Program-made: the position numbers and the translations under genes
Assembly (NCBI RefSeq): GCF_963676685.1
Contig: NC_092354.1
Coordinates: 74,152,001 to 74,216,000 of the forward strand
Length of the DNA: 64,000 nt
From: Mytilus edulis
Taxonomy: Eukaryota
Direction of reading: 5' to 3'
The notes under the pieces: model-generated
Told to the model about the DNA's origin: nothing
The model's database searches: none
What the model saw: the letters and a program-made list of their open reading frames with translations, nothing else
In this document: piece by piece, positions 1 through 12,520 of the stretch
Layout of the letters: each line of letters opens with the position of its first letter
Position numbering within the stretch: position 1 is the first letter of the stretch

Positions 1-126
1 GTAACTATCACTACATTTTTATATACAAAGATAAGGATACACATAAATGAACAGACATTCACCAAGAGAGAATCGTGAGTTTGCGATGTCATTAACGACA
101 AATATATACAATATATTTACCATTAA

Positions 127-252
127 AAACTTTGAAATTTTCGAAAAACTAAGGATTTTCTTATCCCAGGCATAGGCACAACTTTTTGGAATTTCAGATC
201 CTCAAGGCTCTTCAACTTTGTACTTGTTTGGCTTTATAAATATTTTGATATG
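127..252 (+). mobile_element. Fragment of retrozyme family B, truncated just before the ribozyme
   Basis: ctcttcaactttgtacttgtttggctttataaatattttgatat matches the sequence directly upstream of the hammerhead cores at 36267 and 63288. Confidence 0.7.
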
Positions 253-2664
253 GCGCCCGTTTTTTTTTTAATATTTAAAATCTTAATTTCATTGAAAGAA
301 CACAAAATATATCGTCCAAGCTATGTTCATTTTATTTGTAGGGGTAACCCTTGATAAACACAGGCAAAATGGCGCCCGTTTTTTTTTTAATATTTAAAAT
401 CTTAACACGACTGAACACGATCTCACAGCAACTAAACAGATTTTTTTTAACCTTTGGTCTTATTTGATCTAAACGTGATCTAATCAAGTCTCATTTGAAT
501 GCTGGATCAAAATATGTCTTGTTTATCTTGGCACGACTGATCTGACTGAATCGATTTATCAGAACAGAGTCTGAAAGCCTAAACTGGTCTCAACGTTTTT
601 CCCTAGCGATTAATTAAGTCGATTAAGACTTGATCAGACCAAAATGACCGTTTCAGACTGAAATCTTGTTACAAGTGTACAGATAAATGAAATTTGTCTT
701 TTTTTTTTAAATAATTATGTATTCAGTGTTGAGTTCGTGTTTCCGTCATTCTGGCCATTACATTTGTGGTTAACATGTTTTGCTTAACGTTGGATGTAAT
801 GCTTACATATTAGTATGCTTTTGATTATATATTTGTATCCAAATTGTGCTTCAAGTTAAATATCTATTAGTAACTACATTATAACCTAATTCGAGTCATT
901 GTTTTTCCTAATTGAGATCTTGTTGTTCGGTTGAAGTTTCTTTGTTTATCCGGAAATGAATATAACACTTTGTATATCCAAATGGCTTGTTTAGAATTCT
1001 TCTTATCATAAACATCAAAGCAACAAATAGCTATTACAATTCTAAAGAGACAGAAGCCAATTCATTCAAGTTTAACTTTGTCTATAGGAGTTCGAGCATA
1101 TTCAAAGGTGTTGCATGTAGAATAGGCTCTTTTTCCACATCTGGGCCACTTGAGACCTCGAGTGTTATGTAGGGTCTTCGGTACTCACTTTTGTATGTTG
1201 TGTTTAGTGTTCTGTTGTTTGTCTTTTTGTTATTTGTCTTTCTTTTTTGTCCTGGCGTTGTTAACATAATTTCGACTTGTCATAGGAATGTCCCTTTGGT
1301 ATATTTCACGTAATTTTTCCTTTCGTTATTTCATATTTATGAATGTAAGAAAGAAATGTTATTAATCATTTCGATGCCAAAGTTTATACCCGCGGGAGTT
1401 AACAGTCAACAAGTAGCAGTGTTAATATACATAAAAAATACAAATACTGTTTTTATAACATTTTTTATGTAATTTGAAACATTAAATTCTTCGTGAAGAA
1501 ACAAGACCTAAAACACTGTTGTTAATGTTCTATTTATTGGGTAATAGTGGGTCTTTTTACTGGTTTCTTTTTAATTAGAAAATAAAGAAGATGCTGCATG
1601 ATTGCCAATGACACAATTCTCCACCAGGGATGTCATAGAAGTTTTTCATTGATTTCCTTTGTTTCAATGTTCTATGTTTCAAAATTGTAGACTAGTTTTT
1701 TCTCGTCATGTTTTGTTTCTTGTCATATCGCTATTAGTTTGTCTACTACTCATTAGTTTTATCCTTCTATTTGTATTCCTTGTGGTATCTTCTGGTCTTT
1801 TTATAGCATTTGATAGAATAGAAACCTTTATCCCTTGATGCGAGTAAATAGAAGATAGACATAGGTTAAATGTTATCATTTACATATCTGCATTGGTGGC
1901 CTTCATCTGTTGTCTGGTCTTTGGTCGGGTTTTTCTCTCTTTGACACATTCCCAATTTCCATTCTTAATTTTATTGATGCTTAAGCTAATTAAAAGCATG
2001 TCAATTCAGTTAATGATTATCTGTGCAGCAACTGTAGTGTTGTTTCTTCTTCAGAAAATTTTCCTTTAAACATATGATTTATTCACCTCCAATTTCATTA
2101 CCATTAAATGACCGGTATGATTTCCATGGGAACAACTCATATTCCTGGTAAAAGTCTAATCTGTTGCCTTTGTTGTCAAAATTGTCTAATACTCTTGTAG
2201 GATTTAAACCAGCGTATTTGGAAGTTATTATCAAAATATTCTTCATTTGCAAACACCTTAGGATGTAAAAATTATTTCAAAATTTAATCATTGAAAGCTG
2301 ACTATACTGTATGGGTTTTTTCATTGGTCCATGCCGTACGATGCTTACGTTGCTTACATCCACTTTATTCGATTTTAAGCAGACAGTCGTCTCATTGGCA
2401 ACATCTCTTTGTTTTCTATATTGTATATGCGCCTTTTAAATGTTTTTTCAATTGAGTAAATAGATATTTCTAGTCGACTTAAGCCGTCCGTCTTCAACAT
2501 TTGTCTTAATTCTTTACAACTGATAGGTCTAGAAAACTGTCGATATTAAATAGTGTCTTCTTTATAGTTTAATTGAAGAGAAATAAAAAATGTTCACAGG
2601 GTGCATCTATGTTTCTACCACACTACCTTTGGTTTTTACTTGCCTTTCAATCTTTTGATGGTTG

Positions 2665-2955
2665 CGTCGTTTGTTTTCTCTTATTTTTGGGTGTAATTTC
2701 ACATTGCGATAAGACGTGTCACGGTACTTGTCTATCCCAAATTCATGTATTTGGTTTTGATGTTTTATTTGTTATTCTCGTGGGATTTTGTCTGATGCTT
2801 GGTCCGTTTCTGTGTGTGTTACATTTTAGTGTTGTGTCGTTGTTCTCCTCTTATATTTAATGCGTTTCCCTCGGTTTTAGTTTGTTACCCCGATTTTGTT
2901 TTTTGTCCATGGATTTATGAGTTTTGAACAGCGGTATACTACTGTTGCCTTTATT
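2665..2955. repeat. Interspersed repeat with a degenerate inverted copy at about 4756-4920
   Basis: The end ...cagcggtatactactgttgcctttatt is the approximate reverse complement of aaataaaggaaacagtaaaaccggtgt... at 4757, and similarity continues inward. Confidence 0.55.
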
Positions 2956-5900
2956 GATGGATGTGTCAGTATTCTGACTTAAATGTCGTATTTCAAAAGA
3001 TAAACATTCAAACATATAATAAAACTGATTTTGGAGGTTATCATACTGTTCTGCTTGATATGTAATTGATTCATTATATTTACGATCTTTTGAATTATCA
3101 ATTTGTGCATTGCTTTTAACTACGATTTATACCAAGTACATGTACATCTAACACTCATTTGTGCTACTCACAATGCATTTTAAACAAGATGTTTACTTAT
3201 TTCGGTTCTTCATTTTATATTGGTGAAATAAGAGTTTTACAAAATTGATATATATAGAATAGAGACTATAGACGTAAAATATTTCAGAAACTTATACCAA
3301 CAACTGTGGCGACAGGAGATACACATTTGCAATTTTAAAAAAATGATATGATTTCCGTGGTAACAACTCATGTTCCTGGTAAAAGTCTCAACTGTTACCT
3401 TCGTTGTCAAAATTTGCCTATTGATTTAAATATAAATATGCTTTGAGAGCATCTATATAAAACGGTAGAATCAGAACAGTTAAAGCTGCTTATTTTGTTC
3501 CTTAGGAAGTGACAACCTTATTTTGATCACAGTTTCAAAATTTAATAAATCAAATTTTAATAAACATAAAGCATCATTTTTACAATGTCAATTTCGAAGC
3601 ACGGGCTACACAGTAGATAATACTGTCGGACTGATTATCCACCAGCAGTGGTACAGTTCTAGTATTAAAATATTGATTTCTCTGGGATAAATGTATAACT
3701 TCTACGTTTAATAAAGTTTAATCCAGAACAGAGCTTCGGAAAAAGGAAATTGTTCATGTCATTGAATGTTTGAGAATTAGATAAAAGGTTCAATATTTCT
3801 TTTTATTAATAATAGTAAATTTTTGAGGGTATTGTTTTTCTTTCGTATATATGAGAATATGAGAGCAAATACTATGCTTTCAATCGATACATCACCTCAA
3901 TTCACGGATTGCCATAGTCATAAAACAGTTTGCGTCATAGATACTGGTATAGTCATAACATTGACATGCAGATATCATTGAATTGGAATTTATATTTATA
4001 AGATATATGGAAATATTATTCAGCGATGTCTTATTTATATATGTTCGTTCTTTTTATATCGTAGTCTGAGCAGTGCTGTCCGTAAATAAGACTAATGATT
4101 ATGACAAGGTAATGAACATCGTGTCCAGACATGCTTTAATAGAAAGCTACCGTGTTAAATGTACTCAAATCAGTACAAAATATATGGAATCTGATATATG
4201 ACATTTTCAAATTCATCAAAAATCGAAAATGATAATGTCCAGTACTTTTCAAAAGTAAACGGAATGAAATATTATATGTCTTCTTTTTCCATTTTGCTTT
4301 CATATATTTAGTCATATAGTTATTTATATCATTTCAATACAATTTCTAATTAAATGTTTTACTCGAGCTAAATGTCAACAGTTTCTAATAATGTATTGTC
4401 GTAAATTTTTTGATATTTTTTGTTTAAAGACGAAAATTAATGACGTGAATGTGAATTAATTTATTTAGAAGTCATTATTTATATACAGATATTGAAATTA
4501 AATATCTATTTTCATACATAGCCATATAAAACTCTTCGTTTTCAAGGCTATGTATGAAAATAGACATTTATATGAAGAAAAAAAGACAATATGTGAGTGT
4601 TAAAACATCTGTGCATTCTTTAGACGAAAAATAAAAAAAAGCTTAATACTGTCAATATAAATTAAGGCACCAATAGTTTAAGATTTTCAAATCTAATACA
4701 TTTAATACACATCCAAGTAACATAAAAAAAAATGAAAGGAATCGTAAGAACACAATAAATAAAGGAAACAGTAAAACCGGTGTTAAAAAGCCATAAGTCA
4801 GTTGATAGAAAAAAGATCTGGATTACAAACTTAAACCGAGAAAAACACAGCAAGTATAAGAGGAAAACAAAGAGAAAATAGGACCATATTTAGAGCAACA
4901 AAAACAATCGCCATCGTATATGGAAACGAAGTAAGGAGCACGACTCCCGATTACGTCTATATGTAAAAATAGGAAAAAGAACACAATATAAAAATATCCA
5001 AACTCGTACATTTTACTCGTGCTTATAATAAATATTATGCATAAAATCACTATTAAGAAATCCAAACGTAGTACTAATTTTTCTTTGGGCAATGCATTCG
5101 TTCGAAACAAATCTTGATATGGATGCATTTCTTTCTTACCAATATTGTGTAAACGTTGTGTGCCGTTTGTTATCGTTTACTAAACGCTACAAGAGTAAAA
5201 ACAAATACATCGTTTAATCAGTGTTCACTGACCCTGTTTGAACTTTCAATAATGCATGCACATGTTATTGTAAACAAACTTAATACAAAAGTTCAAACTA
5301 ATACAGCGTTTAATGAGGCTGAAGTTAGACGCAAATGTAGCTTTGTACTAACAAACGGAGAACGACAAACTGTAGACGCATTTTAGGGAGTGCATATAGT
5401 TCACTATATCAAGGTCCAGGTAGACTTTGAAAACGTATATATTAGAAACACAAGATCAAAACATGTGCACGCTTAGCCGTTTGCATCGTTTGTGTTAGAA
5501 AAAAAATGCACTCTTGAGTAGCTTTTTTATGCATACGGGACCAGGTACTTATATAAATAGAGGTTAATTGATAAGGAAACCAATGTATTAATACAAACAA
5601 CATTGGTCAGCAGGTCAGACAGTTAACATTTAATTGACATATCTCTCAGTTATTTACCGGTATTCAAGGTTTCATTATTAATACGTGTACGTATAAATTG
5701 ATGGTTTTATACACATTTTTATCATTTGTCGTGCAAATATGTTGATTATTAATGCCTGCCGTGACTTATATTATCGAAAATTATAACTGGCGACGTATAG
5801 TGTTCACACTTTGAAATGGGGAAGTGTAAAGGAATACGACATTCATACAATGTTTTATCGTATTCGTCTTTTTTTTAAAATAAATTCACGCACCAAAAGA

Positions 5901-6943
5901 AGTACTGCGTGAGAGAAAAAGCATAAAGACCACATTCTGTTTTATTATGATAAATGCATTTTTTTTAATCAATTTTCTGTTAAATTTACTATGAGATAAA
6001 TTGAAAGGGCAAATAGGTGAAGTTTTTTTTAAGGAAATGAAAGATAGAGTCAAACGCTATTATGCCAAGCATTTCCCTGATTGCAATAACAACAAAAATG
6101 CATGTGTGCATACTAAATTGCACGATCTTTTTGTTTATTTTTTTTAATTTTTTTTTTTTAACTTTCTTTCGATTTTGATAACGCTTTTGACTATTCAGAT
6201 TAAGTATCACAATCTTCAAATACAGAAAAAGTATGTAAAAAACGTTTATGAAGCCACAAAGACAAAAGGTAACGCTACATTCTGCAAGGAATTAAATGAG
6301 GAAGATATATGTTCGATATTTTGAAATATTGGTTTTTTTTTTAAATTTTGTACAAGCAAATATTAAAAACTTAATATTAGTAATGAGGTAAAAAAAAACA
6401 AGTTTGCGTATAACGGTTTAATCAAGATGTGAAATGAAGGCTTAGCAAATATTTACATTTATTAAAAGCCTTATGTCTTGCTTTTCAATTTATCGTAAGT
6501 AGTGATATCATACAATACAAGGATGTATTACTAAGGAATTACAGAGACTAGTAAAACAATTAAGAAATGTACCGGTAACCTCTCTTTTAAAATGATTTAC
6601 TTGATATTTAAACAAGCAAAGCCAACACTAATGCCTTTTTCAATCTCCAGTATTGATCAAAATACAACTGAATTACAAAACATATTGTGACTTTACACAC
6701 GTGCACCCATATTCTCTTGGAATTAGAGCATTGCTTGGTTTACATAGTGATTAAAGCATGTCATATTAGAATCAATGGTAACAATAGCTTAGAAAGTTTA
6801 AACTCTTTATTATTTTAACCAAGATGTTCTGACGATTGACCGTGTTTGTTAAATTCTCACAAAATTTTCTCTCTGCTACAAGAATTAAGTTTGGCAACGA
6901 TTGTGCTCTATATATGACGCATGATAATATGTTATTAGTTACA

Positions 6944-7070
6944 TGGTGTGTTAGTGACCTAATACGATATATATGGGGTCAGTTAATTCCATATGGGGTG
7001 AGAGCGAAGCTCGAATCCCCATATGGAATTTACTGACACCATTTATATCGTATTAGGTCACTAGCACACC
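6944..7070. mobile_element. Foldback/MITE-like long hairpin
   Basis: Arms of about 55 bp (ggtgtgttagtgacctaatacgatata...ccatatgggg / ccccatatgg...tatatcgtattaggtcactagcacacc) around an 18-nt loop. Confidence 0.75.
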
Positions 7071-7406
7071 GTGCAAAGACATTATCTTACCGACTATCTT
7101 CACATGTGGTATTTTGACTAGCTGCTTATCAAAGTGATCAAGTCTTCAATACTTAGTATTAAGATTCTACTTACATTTGTCTATACAGTAAACAAATGCC
7201 AACAATAACAACTTTTTAGCTTTAAATTTATATTAGGAATTTATTTCAATCATTACATGTATCAATTTCTTGGTCTGTTAAATCCTTTCAGATTTCTTTT
7301 TTGTTTGGAAAGGGAAGTTACTTCGTTATGCAAACAATAACAACTTGTTACTTTAATTATGTTTAATGAACTTATTTCAACCTTTCATCATCAATTTCCT
7401 CGTCTG

Positions 7407-7530
7407 TTCTATGTTGTGTCATGTGTACTATTGTCTGTCTGTTTGTCTTTTTCATTTTAGCCATGGCGTTGTCAGTTTATTTTCGATTTATGAGTTTGAC
7501 TGTCCCTTTTGTATCTTTCGTTCCTCTTTT
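7407..7530 (+). mobile_element. 3' tail fragment of the retroelement family seen at 32513-32947
   Basis: Near-identical to the reverse complement of about 32515-32640 and to about 45940-46060. Confidence 0.75.
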
Positions 7531-7655
7531 TTGAATCTCTTTAGATTTTACCTCAACACCGTGTCGTTTTTATAAAGGGTTGTAGCATCTTTTTTGTTTT
7601 GAAAGGGAAGCAACTTCTTACTAACGCCATATGGTAACTAACCCTTTATTTTTAG

Positions 7656-7730
7656 GACACCCTATATCAAATATACATAGTCACCACTTGTAGTCGTTAA
7701 ACCAATCAAATCTCTATAAATCTATAGGAG
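7656..7730 (+). other. Candidate non-coding (5'UTR) exon
   Basis: tttattttttag-type acceptor and GAG|gtaaga donor; stops in all three frames; lies upstream of the 10245 exon. Confidence 0.3.
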
Positions 7731-10244
7731 GTAAGATAAATGTATATAAGAATCATCAAGTTGTTAAAGAATCTTTACAGTTTAAGAAGATTGATAAACT
7801 TATAAAAAAAAAAGTAAAAACAACAAAATACTGAATTCCGAGGAAAATCCCTAATCAAATGACAAAATCAAAAGCACCTCAAACGAATGGATAACAACTG
7901 TCATATTCCTGACTTGATATGGGCATTTTCTTATGAAGAACATTGTGAATTAAACCTGGTTTTATAGATAAATAAACTTCTCATGTGTATAACAGTCGCA
8001 TCAAATCCATTATATTGACAACAATGGTTGAACAAAACAAAGGCATAATAGGTAAAACGGAGTAGAAGTCCAACAAAGCATTAAAAACAGAAAATTACCA
8101 GTACTAATTTGGATAAAAAAGTACTTGACTTTTTAAACATATCATAAGGTATGGTATCCTACAAGGTTTTATAAGCGGTGAATTAAAAACAATTTTCAAT
8201 AAATTTTGGTAACAAGTTCGTATTCGGATTAGCCGTACGCCAATTCTTGTTTATCAAAAACATATATATCATGTCTCATAGTTGTTATGTATGAATTGTT
8301 CGTCGCATTTTTTGAAATTCTAAGGTTTTTTTTATGTTTAAACTCAACTTGCCTGTGATTATGCTTTAACATGTGATGCATGTTTACACCATTCACTCGT
8401 CATTTTTTTTTTATTGAATAATCAAGATAAATATCACATAATTCAATTTGTTTTCTCCGTTACCCGTATGATTTACTCTGAATTTTACAACATTTACCAA
8501 AAATGTACTCAGCGTCTTTCGTGAGAATCACTTATTGTAGTTAATATATAATAATTTCCTTGTTATAAAATATCATTCTTAAGAATAATGATAATAAAAT
8601 CATGCAATCATTGATAATTTATTTAACTTTATTTCTGTCAACAACCAATATATATTGGAGATACTCTCATTAATGTCACAATGTATGAATGAAACCTAGT
8701 AACACTGTTTAATATCTCTATTACATTGTATAATATTGAGTTTTTTTTTGTCGGATTAGAAGAGGGATGTGTAGGGAACAGCAACCAAATAATACAAAGG
8801 CTTAACTAAAATATGTTGAATATGAAAACAAGAATGTCATTTTAAGATGCTTATTTTATGAATCTTTTTTGTTTGGAACACTAAATCCAATACTAAGACA
8901 ATCCAGAATGAAGTTTTGAAAAAAGATATTTGTTTTACCCGTATGACATAATTACCACTAGCCAAACACCAATGTATCTTATATTTAATATTTAATTTAA
9001 CATTAATGTATATTATCATTCTTATCATTGGAAAATTATTTACATGGCTTTCATTTTTAAAATAACCAGCAGAAACAATCTTTTAATATGATAATAGTTA
9101 TTTAGTAGGACTAAATTTTTTAACGGAACAATGAATAAACTTAGGGTCGAAGTCAATATTTTTAATCTAGGTTACAATCGCAGCTTGGTAATTTCCTCAA
9201 AAAGATCGCATTGAAATTACTAAAATTACAAGTACCCAAGATTACGATTAAATATTTTTGACTAAATTCGAAAAAGTTGTACAACATTATCTACATGTAT
9301 TTGGTTTGAATGCTAAATATAAACTACACAACGTAGAATAAATCTAGTGAATATATTTGCGTTTTGAAATTGGGGAAAAGAATTGTACAAATTTACCTAT
9401 TAGAGAAATGTAGTGCAAACGTGTCTTCCGGAATATTGATGACCTTATTAGGCAGACACTCATAAATAAACGTCTAAAATGTGACATGAGAATTATTACC
9501 ATCTCTGTACACTTGACACATTTATCAGCATTTACAATGCTCTAAATTGGCGATAGTGAGTTTATATGGTATATCTATCATATAAATTGAATTTGATTTT
9601 CGTTCTTAGCTCATAAAATATGTTGAAGGCTGTCGTATTGTGTCCTATAAATATTTCTTCTGTACAAAGCTGACCTTAAATTGTTAATGCAATTCGATGA
9701 TTACAAAAAATCTAATCAATATTACAAGATACATTGAAATGAAAAGCTATTCCATAATAATTGTTTATCATCACAAAAATTAACTGAGAATAAAACTAAA
9801 GTCCGAAAGTAAAAAAAATAAAAATAAAAACGACCTCAATACAAAATTCAAAACGGAAATTCCCTTATCAAAAAGCAAATTCAAAAATGTATATATGAAT
9901 GAAAACTAGTAACACTGTATTAAATCTCTTTTGCATTAGTGACTTGTACTTTTGTCAGTCAAAATACTTTATGAATAGAGGGAGGTCAAACACACGGATA
10001 ACAACTTCTGTTTTCCTGATTTTGTACTGGTAGGAGACAAAGATGGTTAACAAACTGCACTGCCTATGCTTACTTCAGCTTTGTCTTATTAAATTATTCA
10101 ACCTAGACATACCAAAATATGCCTCAATAAAATATATTCCTAAACACTGCTATACACTTCTACCTAAATTAATCAGAAATCATTTTCTGAATGGAATATT
10201 TTTTATAGTTATTGACGATTAACTTAATTTCGTTTTTTTTTCAG

Positions 10245-11069
10245 GTTGGTAGTCATGATAGTAGAGGTCAGAGAAACACACAGAAGTCACTTTTCACGAG
10301 AAATGAAAATTTGAATTCCCAAAGGACCAGTCAGCCACATGGCACTTCCAGTTTTACAAAGTCGAACTCGAGATCATCACATGGCACTTCCGGTTTTACA
10401 AATTCGAACTCGAGATCACCACATGACACGTCGTCAGCAATACGACAACGTGGAAATAGTAACCCTAAGGGCGGGAGAGTAACCATCAGATTTAATAACG
10501 AACCTGAAAGAATGGGAAGAGGAAATACTAATGTTAATAACAATAACAACAATAACATAAACAATAATATCAATATGAATGATAACTTTCGTCAGATACA
10601 ATCAATGCCAAATCCACAATTTAATGCACTTCCGTCCAGCCGACAATCGCCTCAGCTTCAAACTATGCAAAATCCGCATTTTAATGCAATTCCTCCCGGC
10701 CGACAATCACCTATTACTTATTCTGTAAGAGAACTCATGCATCAACAGTTACTCACCAGACAAATTTTAATAGGGTTGATAAAAAAACAACTTTTTGATA
10801 CCAATGGACGTTATGTTCAAGATCCGGCTGCAAGAGGAGCTAATTTCGTCGATCCAAGAAAAATACTAAGACCGCAGCAAAGTTTTCCCAATTTTGGAGG
10901 TAATAAGCAACAATTACCCGGTACCCTGACAATTCAATCCACCGGTGCTATTAGTGTTAGAGAGGTTCAAAGTCCAAACGGGGAAACAAAAATAATTATT
11001 GATGCAACGAGCAAAAATAACAAAACTACAAAAACACCACCGCCTTTAGAAGAAATAGAAGCTCCATGA
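10245..11069 (+). CDS. Terminal coding exon (274 aa) of an uncharacterised low-complexity S/N/Q/R-rich protein, possibly secreted or structural; upstream exons not identified
   Basis: Strong ttttttttttcag acceptor in phase 0 with the longest ORF of the window; internal repeats HGTSxFTxSNSRS and MxNPxFNAxPxxRQSP; poly-Asn run; ends PPPLEEIEAP*; AATAAA downstream. Confidence 0.8.
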   Translation, partial: VGSHDSRGQRNTQKSLFTRNENLNSQRTSQPHGTSSFTKSNSRSSHGTSGFTNSNSRSPHDTSSAIRQRGNSNPKGGRVTIRFNNEPERMGRGNTNVNNNNNNNINNNINMNDNFRQIQSMPNPQFNALPSSRQSPQLQTMQNPHFNAIPPGRQSPITYSVRELMHQQLLTRQILIGLIKKQLFDTNGRYVQDPAARGANFVDPRKILRPQQSFPNFGGNKQQLPGTLTIQSTGAISVREVQSPNGETKIIIDATSKNNKTTKTPPPLEEIEAP

Positions 11070-11627
11070 AAGGAGGACGTTATACACAAATATATTTCCG
11101 AGATATCGTAAAGATAATCTCTCACTAATTCTACAAGTAGATTTCTTGTTCAACAGAGGCGGTTGACAGTTTCACGAGCAGTACACATTCTGAAAATAGG
11201 AATAACATCTGGTGTTATTTATTGAGAAGAGATAAGGTTGCAGCTCATTCCGTCGTCTGAGTCTGTTTACAGTGCTTTGGGTGACTTAGTATTTTGTGTA
11301 CTTTGTTTACACTACGCTTAAAGAGTCCATCGGTGTTGTTTGTTTTGTTAACAGTAGGCTTGACGATATCAGTATAGTGTGTTTTCCTTTTTACACTATA
11401 CTGTATGATTTTAGTTTGTAGTGTAGTTTGTGTTAGTACACCGAATGAATTCAGTGTTTTGTGTAATTGGTTAACACTACGTTGAATGAATTCAGTGTTT
11501 TGTGTAATTAGTTAACACTATGTTGAATGATTTCAGTGTTTTATCGGACTTTGATGTAATTTTTATATATTGATATATAATGTATGTATTATATTTGTTA
11601 TCCACTTTTGTTTTTATATGCAAAACA

Positions 11628-11633
11628 AATAAA
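11628..11633 (+). terminator. Putative polyadenylation signal of the 10245-11069 gene
   Basis: AATAAA about 560 nt after the stop, followed by a T/GT-rich tract. Confidence 0.55.
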
Positions 11634-12235
11634 ACATATTAGTTATTTTTATTATTTTTGTTTTGTGTTAACATATAGTTCCACTCGTTTACAAACGTGA
11701 CTCTATAAAACAAAGAGTCGTGGAGAGATTGCCAATGAGACAAATAAGTGGAAAAATTCAACTATTCGAGAAGCCAATATCGTATAGTCAGTCGGCTGTA
11801 AAATGCTCTGACATTAATAAAAATGTAAAACAATTAAAATGAGAAAACTTAATTACGGCTTAATTCATAAAAAAAACAATTTATAAAGAAAAAAACACAC
11901 CAACATAATAGATACCTACGGGTTCCTGACATAGGATATGCGCATACAGAATGTGGCTCAGTTAAAACATATTTGTGTACCTACATGTAGGAAGTCCTGG
12001 AGTGCCATGCAAAAATAAAATTACAACTTGTGCGCACAAGTTACTAACTTCTTATAGACATGCACTGTTTAGCTATAGAGACTACTTACATTGTATTATC
12101 TTGTGTGCGCATTTTTTTTAAATTTCGTACCTTCGATTTATCCCACCAAAAACGCTCGGTGCCAAACATTTTGTATCATGTTATGTATAAGGCCTAATCA
12201 CGTGAAGAGATGGGAATTAGATCGAACACTATAGA

Positions 12236-12520
12236 AATAAGTATGTGTCCCACGGACACGAATGCCCCAATAGCACTATCATTTTCTACGTTCATTAGAC
12301 TGTGCAATTGGGCTATTAACTCTAATTTGGCATTAAAATTAGAAAGATCATAGCATAGGGAACATGTGTACTAAGTTTCAAGTTTGTTGGATTTCAACTT
12401 CATCAAAAACTACCTTGACCAAAAAATTTAACCTGAAGCGGGACGGACTAACAAACGGACAAACGGACAGACGAACAGACGGACGAACGAACGGACAGAT
12501 GAGAAATTATAATGACCCTA
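12236..12520 (-). mobile_element. HINE/DINE-1-like non-autonomous element with a (GACG/GACA)n tract
   Basis: acggacagacgaacagacggacg microsatellite beside an AT-rich core, as in the element at 49906. Confidence 0.5.

Noticed and set aside
6296-6387. MRKIYVRYFEILVFFLNFVQA... as a first exon for the 10245 gene
   Set aside because: Weak donor, phase 2 does not join the phase-0 acceptor, and the hydrophobicity comes from a T-run
10331-10573. Antisense ORF with a signal-peptide-like poly-Leu start
   Set aside because: Mirror of the poly-Asn (AAC/AAT) codons of the + strand exon
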